Origin: the human T2T-CHM13v2.0 reference genome, Homo sapiens | Reading direction: 5' to 3' (one strand) | NCBI RefSeq assembly: GCF_009914755.1 | Contig: NC_060931.1 | DNA length: 64,000 bases | Part shown: positions 54,230 to 64,000 of the stretch, piece after piece | Numbering within the stretch: the stretch's first letter is position 1 | Layout of the letters: each line of letters begins with the position of its first letter | Program-made: the position numbers and the translations under genes | The notes under the pieces: generated by a model | What the model was told of the DNA's origin: nothing | Databases searched by the model: none | What the model saw: the letters and a program-made list of their open reading frames with translations, nothing else

Positions 54230-55022
54230 GATACTTAGAGTTCTTTCAGATGAAAGTTGAGTCTCTAACCTCCTTGATAGCCAAGATACACAAAGCCGGT
54301 TCTCATAACTTTCAAAAGTGAATTAACTGAAAAGGCAGACAAGGGACTTTTGTTAAGTGCTTTGCTTGAAGAGAAATCCTTAGAGGGCTTATTTCTCCTT
54401 GGAGCATAATGTCAATTATTATTAATAGCTTAGAATATACTCTTGATAATATTAAGGAAGTAGTCTCTAATTCTTATATGTCTTTATAAGACTTTAAAAT
54501 AATAATGGATTGACTTGATAAAACACCCTTTAATATCTACTCATTTATTGATTTATAGATTCATTTTTTAGAGATGTAATATAAGCTATAGTAATATATT
54601 AATGTTTTTCTTAATATTGATCACTTCTATACTTGGGATAAACCCTTTGTGCTTTTACATTATTATTTTAAGATATCATTAAATTGTACTTACTTTGTTA
54701 TTAATCACATAGTTTTGTATTCACAAGTGAGATTATTCTAATATACTTTTGGTTATCTTGGTCAGGTATTGGGAACAGGAACATCTACCTTATAGGATAA
54801 ATCTTATAGCTTTCTGTCTTTTTGTAAAGACAGGGAGCAGAAAACACCCACATTAAATATTTCTCATTTGTTTCATTCCTTAGTATAATTTCAAATTCTT
54901 ATTTGATCTTATATCAATTTGCCATTGTCAATTTATGTTATGTAAAAATAATACATCTCATTAAGATGCTTCATTATTAATAGAATATAATTATGTATAC
55001 CTTATAATTGCATTTATAATAA

Positions 55023-55391
<369 letters not shown>

Positions 55392-55711
55392 CAGTTATTT
55401 TAGTATTTTATTTAATATTAATTACTATTTATTTACTAATTAATATTATTAATATTAATTATTTCATTTTATATTTAGTGTAATATTTTATACTAAAATA
55501 ACTAGTATTTTAGTTATTCTATTAGTCTTTTCTAAAATACATTTATTGCTAGGTTTCACGGTTTCATGTCGTTTAAGTAGACAGTATAATTATTTTCTTT
55601 ATTTTTAAATTTTAGTTAGAATGCTTCATTTTGCTTATTTTCAACTTTTTATTTTATTATGAAATATTCAAAGCTAAGAATTTATTTTGGAGTCCTGCTT
55701 TGACCACACTG

Positions 55712-56044
55712 CAGTCACTCATCACTTAAAAACAGATATATTCTGACAAGTGCTCTATTAGGCAATTCCATCATTGTGTGAACATCACAGAGTGAGCTTA
55801 CACAAGGCTAGATGGTAGAGCCGACCACACACCTAGGCCATATGGTAGAGCCAATTGCTCCCTGGCTACAAATCTATTCGGCATATGACTGTACTGAATA
55901 CTGTAGGCAACTATAACACAATGGTGTTTGTGTATCTAAACATAGAAAAGAAACAGCAAAAAATACATTATTATAATCTCATGGGACCACTGTCATAGAC
56001 ACAATTCATCACTGATCCAAGTGTCATTATGTGGCGCATGACTG
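55712..56044 (+). mobile_element. Tigger3a/MER7A
   Basis: cagtca... to ...gcgcatgactg TIRs. Confidence 0.85.
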
Positions 56045-56080
56045 AATATATGTTTCTATAGTGGTTTTGGTGGCAGGGGT

Positions 56081-56082
<2 letters not shown>

Positions 56083-56111
<29 letters not shown>

Positions 56112-57048
56112 CTGTGTGTGTGTGTGTGTCTGATTCAGAGTCATACTCCTTTTCCCAGGCTGGAGAGCAGTGGTGCGATCTCAGCTCACTCCAACCTCCC
56201 TAGCTGGGATTACTGGCATCCGCCACCATGCCTGGTTAGTTTTTGAATTTTTAGTAGAGGTGAGGTTTCACCATGTTGGCCAGGCTGGTCTTGAACTCCT
56301 GACCTCAAGTGATCCTCCTGCCTCCGTGTCCCAAAGTTCTGGGATTACAGGGGTGAGCCACCGCCCCCAGCCTGTTTCTGTAATGTTTTAAAATAAAAAA
56401 GAAGTTTCCTTATTTTCTGAATAATCTGTGGTTTTAATCTTGAGCTGTGAGACAATTGTTATTTAATAAAATACTTGTAAAAATTCTATATTTATTGAAT
56501 GCTTTTTTTTGAATCTTTGTGCCTTTTAGTGTGTATCATATAATCAATTTGTATAAACAATCACAAACATAAGAAAAGAAGGTATATTTTCAATAAAGTA
56601 AAAAAACTTATTCATTCCATCTAACTTATTTTCATTGTTTATATCATTTATATCCATATTTACTTTTTGTGTCCTTAATTTGACATTAACATATAACAAT
56701 CAAAATCATTCTCTAGGCTGAGTGAGGTGGCTCTCGCCTATAATCTCAGCACTTTGGGAGGCAGAGGTGGGCGGATCACTTGAGGTCAGTGGGAGGCTGA
56801 GGTGGGCGGATCACTTGAGTTCAGGAGTTCAAGACCAGCGTGGCCAACATGGTGAAACCCCATCTCTACTAAAAATACAAAAATTAGCCAGGCATGATGG
56901 CAGGTGCCTGAAATCCCAGCTACTCAGGAGCTGAGGCAGGAGAATCATTTGAACAGGGGAGGTGGAGGTTGCAGTGAGCCAAGATGTCACTGCACTCCAG
57001 CCTGGGCGACAGAGCAAGACTCTGTCTCAAAAAAGAACAAGAAAAAAA
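56083..57048. mobile_element. Internally deleted Alu(-) with (TG)n tail 56083-56372; AluS(+) 56716-57048 with an internal duplication
   Basis: Alu consensus. gggagg..gaggtgggcggatcacttgag appears twice. Confidence 0.88.
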
Positions 57049-57644
57049 ATTATCCTCTAATTATGATTTTCATGTCTTTCCCGTGGGTTGTATTTTATTT
57101 ATTATATTGATTCAAAGAATTAAACTTTGATAATCTCAAAATTGTATTATTGATTTTAGATTTTTATCATAAGTAATTTTCCTGCTTGTCATGGCCAATA
57201 GTTTTGCCCTAGATGTTAGGTTACTATTTTCTACACTGGAAGTCACCTTTTCTTTTTTAATTAATATTGCCTTTCTCAAGTTTGCTTTTAGACTTTTGAG
57301 GTCATTCAGCTTCAGCGAGATGTTTCAGAAGCAGCAATTTGTTAAACAAATACAGTCCTGTAGTGTGAGAGTCTTGGTTTCTTGGCAGTGGAATTTACAC
57401 CGTTAGGTACAAATCACTGGTGTAAGTGCCTCCTGGATCCACCCTCTGTCAGTCTATTTCATGCTGTATTTTAATATTCTGCTATTGAATCTTCTATTTG
57501 GCCTTCTGATGTCTAGGCAATGCTCTACTTGTTGTCATCTTTGTCACTCATTTGGAAGACAAACATACAGTTTTTGATTCTGCTAGGGATTCCTTTAAAA
57601 CATTAATATCAAAATTACCTCTCCATAACTAAGCTCTCTAATAA

Positions 57645-58031
<387 letters not shown>

Positions 58032-58459
58032 TATCTTAGCTTTCTTTTATGAAAGACAAGGACATGTATACTTTTCAGCCTTTTTCTTCTCTTCACCTCA
58101 TTTATTTTCATGTTTCACAGTACATCTGGGAGCCTGCAACTCCTCCCACCCTCACACTGCCCCCCATAACCCTCCTACGCCACCTCTCCACCTCTACCCT
58201 CCCCACTCTGCAGTTAATCTGAGAGTCTGGAACTGCTTCCCTCAACCCCTTTGATTATCTTATTCTTTTTCCAGGATCTTTTTTGATCTTCTGCAAATGA
58301 CTCTATTCTAAGTACAGCTCAAATGCTGGCAGATTTCATCAATGTTTGAATTAGACATGAGGTCACATGGAAACCAACATCAGTGGCAAATTCCCTTCTT
58401 TTCTACCCTGCTTTCTCCTTTGGCATCATTTCACCCCAAAATATTTCTGTTCATCTCTT

Positions 58460-59245
58460 TGGTGGGCAGAATAATGGTCCCCTAAAGATACCCAAATCCT
58501 AATCCCCAGAACGTGTGAATATGTTATCTTACATGGACAAAAGGATTTTGCAGATATGATTAAGGTTAAGGACTTTGAGATGAGAGTATCATCTCAGATT
58601 ATGCAGATGAGCTCAACCTAATCACATGAGTCCTTAAAAGAAACTTTTCCAGATGAGGTCAGAGTCGGAGAGTGGCTGGGCACAGTGGCTCATGTTTGTA
58701 ATCCCAGAACTTTGGGAAGCTGAGGCACGAGGATCGCTTTAGCCTAAGAGATTGAAAGCAGCCTGGGCAACATAGCAAGACTGTCTCTACAAAAGAAAAA
58801 TGTAAAAATTAGCCAGGCATCATGGTGCATGCCTGTAGTTCCTAGCTACGTGGGAGGCTGAAAAGGGAGGATCACTTGAGCACAGGGGGTTGAGGCTGCA
58901 GTGAGCGATGGATAATATCCAACCTGGATAATCTGAGATGATACCCTCATCTCAAAGTCCTTAACCCTGATCACATCTGCAAAATCATTTTGTCCATGTA
59001 AGATAACATATCCACACGTTCTGGGGATTAGGATTTGGGTATCACTGCACTCCAGCTTGGGCAACAGAGCAAGACCCCATCTGAAAAAAAAAAAGAGTCA
59101 GAGAGGGAGCTGTGATTATGTGAGAATGGTGAGAGAGATGCAATGTTCCTGGATTTGAAAACAGAGAAGGGGGTTATGAAGAGAGAAATGTGATGTGAGC
59201 AGCCTCTAGAAGCTGAAAAGGGCAAGGAAATAGATGATCCCCTAG
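58460..59245 (+). mobile_element. MLT1C/D LTR with a nested AluJ (58675-59094)
   Basis: tggtgggcagaataatgg...cctaatccccagaac...gcagcctctagaagctg. agtc(g/a)gagag flanks the Alu. Confidence 0.85.
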
Positions 59246-59247
59246 GG

Positions 59248-59700
59248 CAGGGGTCCTCAACCCCCAGGCTATGGCCTATTAGGAACTGGACCGAGCAGCA
59301 GGAAGTGAGTGGAGGGCAAGCAAGCGAAGCTTCATCTGAATTTACACATGCTCCCCATCACTCACACTGCTGCCTGAGCTCCACCTCCTGTTACACCAGC
59401 TGTGGCATTAAATTCTCACAGGAATGTGAACCCTATTGTGAACTGTGCATGTGAGGGATCTAGGTTGCCTACTCCTTATGAGAGTCTAATGACTGATGAT
59501 CTGTCACTGTCTCCCATTAACCCCAGATGAGACCATCTAGTTGCAGGAAAACAAGCTTAGGGGTCCCACTGATTCTACATTATGATAAGTTGTATAATTA
59601 TTTCAGTATATATTACAATGTAATAATAGAAATAAAATATAATAATAGAATAAGAGAAATAAAGTGCACAATAATGTAATGTGCTTGAATCATCCAGACA
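59248..59700 (+). mobile_element. MER1A, 3' end lost at a junction with an Alu fragment
   Basis: caggggtcctcaacccc start and internal ctagttgcaggaaaacaagct..cccactgattctacattat. Confidence 0.85.
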
Positions 59701-60052
59701 TCCAGACATCAAGTGATCCTCCTGCCTGGGCCTCCCAAAGTGCTGGCATTACAGGCATAAGCCACCGCACCTGGCCTCGAACTCTTAACAATAAAAAAAA
59801 AGTAGGTAGAGAATGTCTTAGTCACACCAGATTATTGAAGAGTTGAGCTTTTTATTCAAAGCCAAGCCTAGAAGTTATCTTCCCCACAGAGCTATCCCCC
59901 TTTAAATCTCAGACTTCACTTAAGAGCTTTATTGATTCTGTGTCTTGTATTAAATGCACTTCAAATACTTTGTGGGAAGTAGGGGTAATGAAAGTTTTAA
60001 GGTGAAAAACTAAACAAAAAACTTTTCTGGTTTGGTTATAGAATTTGTTTTG

Positions 60053-62257
<2,205 letters not shown>

Positions 62258-62909
62258 AGCTGGTAAATTTCTGAGTTTAGTGAAAGTTAAAATGGCAGCT
62301 CGATTGTTTAAAACAATGTGATGAGAAGAACGTCTTTGTCTATGTGTGTCAACCCCATGGGATCTGCGTGGCATCCCTCAAGTTGGTGAAAAATATTTAC
62401 CATATAATAGAGAATAAAGGATTCTCACCACTAACTGATAATCCTGCTAAACAGCAGCTGCTTTGTAAAGGGAGTAGACAATCATTGAAATCCAGGTAAC
62501 TTTAAAGAATTCACCAGCCGGAATCTGTAGGTCCAGAGTATTTTATAAAAGATCAGGTCTCATTGTAGAGGGAGGTAGCAAGGTTAATATAATGAAGTAC
62601 AATTTGCTGCTATACTAGACATGTAATCTAATAACAGTACAGTATGATAAGAAAATTTAAATATGTAGTTTTGAAAAGGTTTCAGAAGGGCTCAATGGTT
62701 CTGCATCAGAAAGTGAATTTCAGTAACAAGAGGAGACTCAAGGCAGGGCTAATTAGAAGGCTCAGGGGACATTCACAGGGTCAATTAGGCTGTTCACGCA
62801 ATCTTCCTTAAATGGATCAGAAAGCCTAGGGCAGAGATACTGTGAACTAGAAAAATGAAAAGGGTCAACAATTCAACAGTAAAGAGAAATTTCAGTTAAG
62901 AGTTATATC

Positions 62910-63026
62910 TAATGTAAATGAGGAGTTAATGGGTGCAGCAAACCAACACGGCACATGTATACATATGTAACAGATCTGCACGTTTTGCACATGTACCCTA
63001 GAACTTAAAGTATAACAATAATTTTA
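62910..63026 (+). mobile_element. Very short L1PA 3' end
   Basis: TSD aa(g/a)agttatatc at 62898 and 63027. Confidence 0.9.
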
Positions 63027-63149
63027 AAAAGTTATATCAGTAAACATAATTAGGCCCAATTTACCCATAAAAATAAAATACATATTTTTAAAAAAACCCA
63101 AAAAGGGTGGTAGAAACACATTTTGAGTAAAAAGGCGATGATTAACTAG

Positions 63150-63436
63150 ATTTTTTTTTGAGATGGGATCTCACTTTGTTGCCCAGGCTGGGGTGCAATG
63201 GCACGATCTTGGCTCACTGCAGCCTTGACCTCCTGGGCTTAAGCAATCCTCCCTCCTCAGTCTCCCAAGTAGCTAAGACTATGGTGAGCACCACCATGCC
63301 CAGCTAATTTAATTTTTTTAGAGAGATGATCTCGCTACGTTACCCAGGCTGGTCTCCAGCTCCTGGGCTCAAGTGATCCTCCTGCCTTGGCCTCTCAAAG
63401 TGTTGAGGTTATAGGTGTGCACCAGTGTGCTTGGCC
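63150..63436 (-). mobile_element. AluJ
   Basis: TSD aactagattttttt. Confidence 0.93.
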
Positions 63437-63657
63437 AACTAGATTTTTTTTAAAGGCTAATTAAGGCAAGGTTTGAAGCCAGACTAACCAATATTATATG
63501 TGGCATAATAATGTTAGGGAGAAATAAGAAATGCTAAACAGCACAGTAAATAGAAACATGAGCTTCAACTTCTCTTAAATAATCAAGTAAGAAAATCTAT
63601 AAAATATGTAAAATAAAAATGGAATGAAATGTACTGTATAAAAGTGTAATCCTACTA

Positions 63658-63989
<332 letters not shown>

Positions 63990-64000
63990 TACTTCTTTTT

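Overview
Hominoid, probably human, genomic DNA, about half interspersed repeat, with no intact protein-coding gene. It looks like a segmental-duplication mosaic, inferred to come from chromosome 7. Unprocessed SEPTIN7 pseudogene exons on + (P-loop exon 30476-30582, a late GTPase exon 37070-37195 and a probable 21-nt microexon 42612-42632) are joined through an Alu to the last two exons and 3' UTR of PHKG1 (44123-~45300), also on +. A TSD-flanked GEMIN7 retrocopy lies on - at 14866-15697. The most unusual signals are structural: a three-segment rearranged L1PA2/3 with an inverted duplication, an apparent gene-conversion tract between two L1s 10.2 kb apart, and four short locally templated insertions. 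Nearly all ORF-track entries are Alu, L1 or microsatellite translations. I found no evidence of a new multi-gene system. Gene and repeat identities come from recalled sequences, not from database searches.
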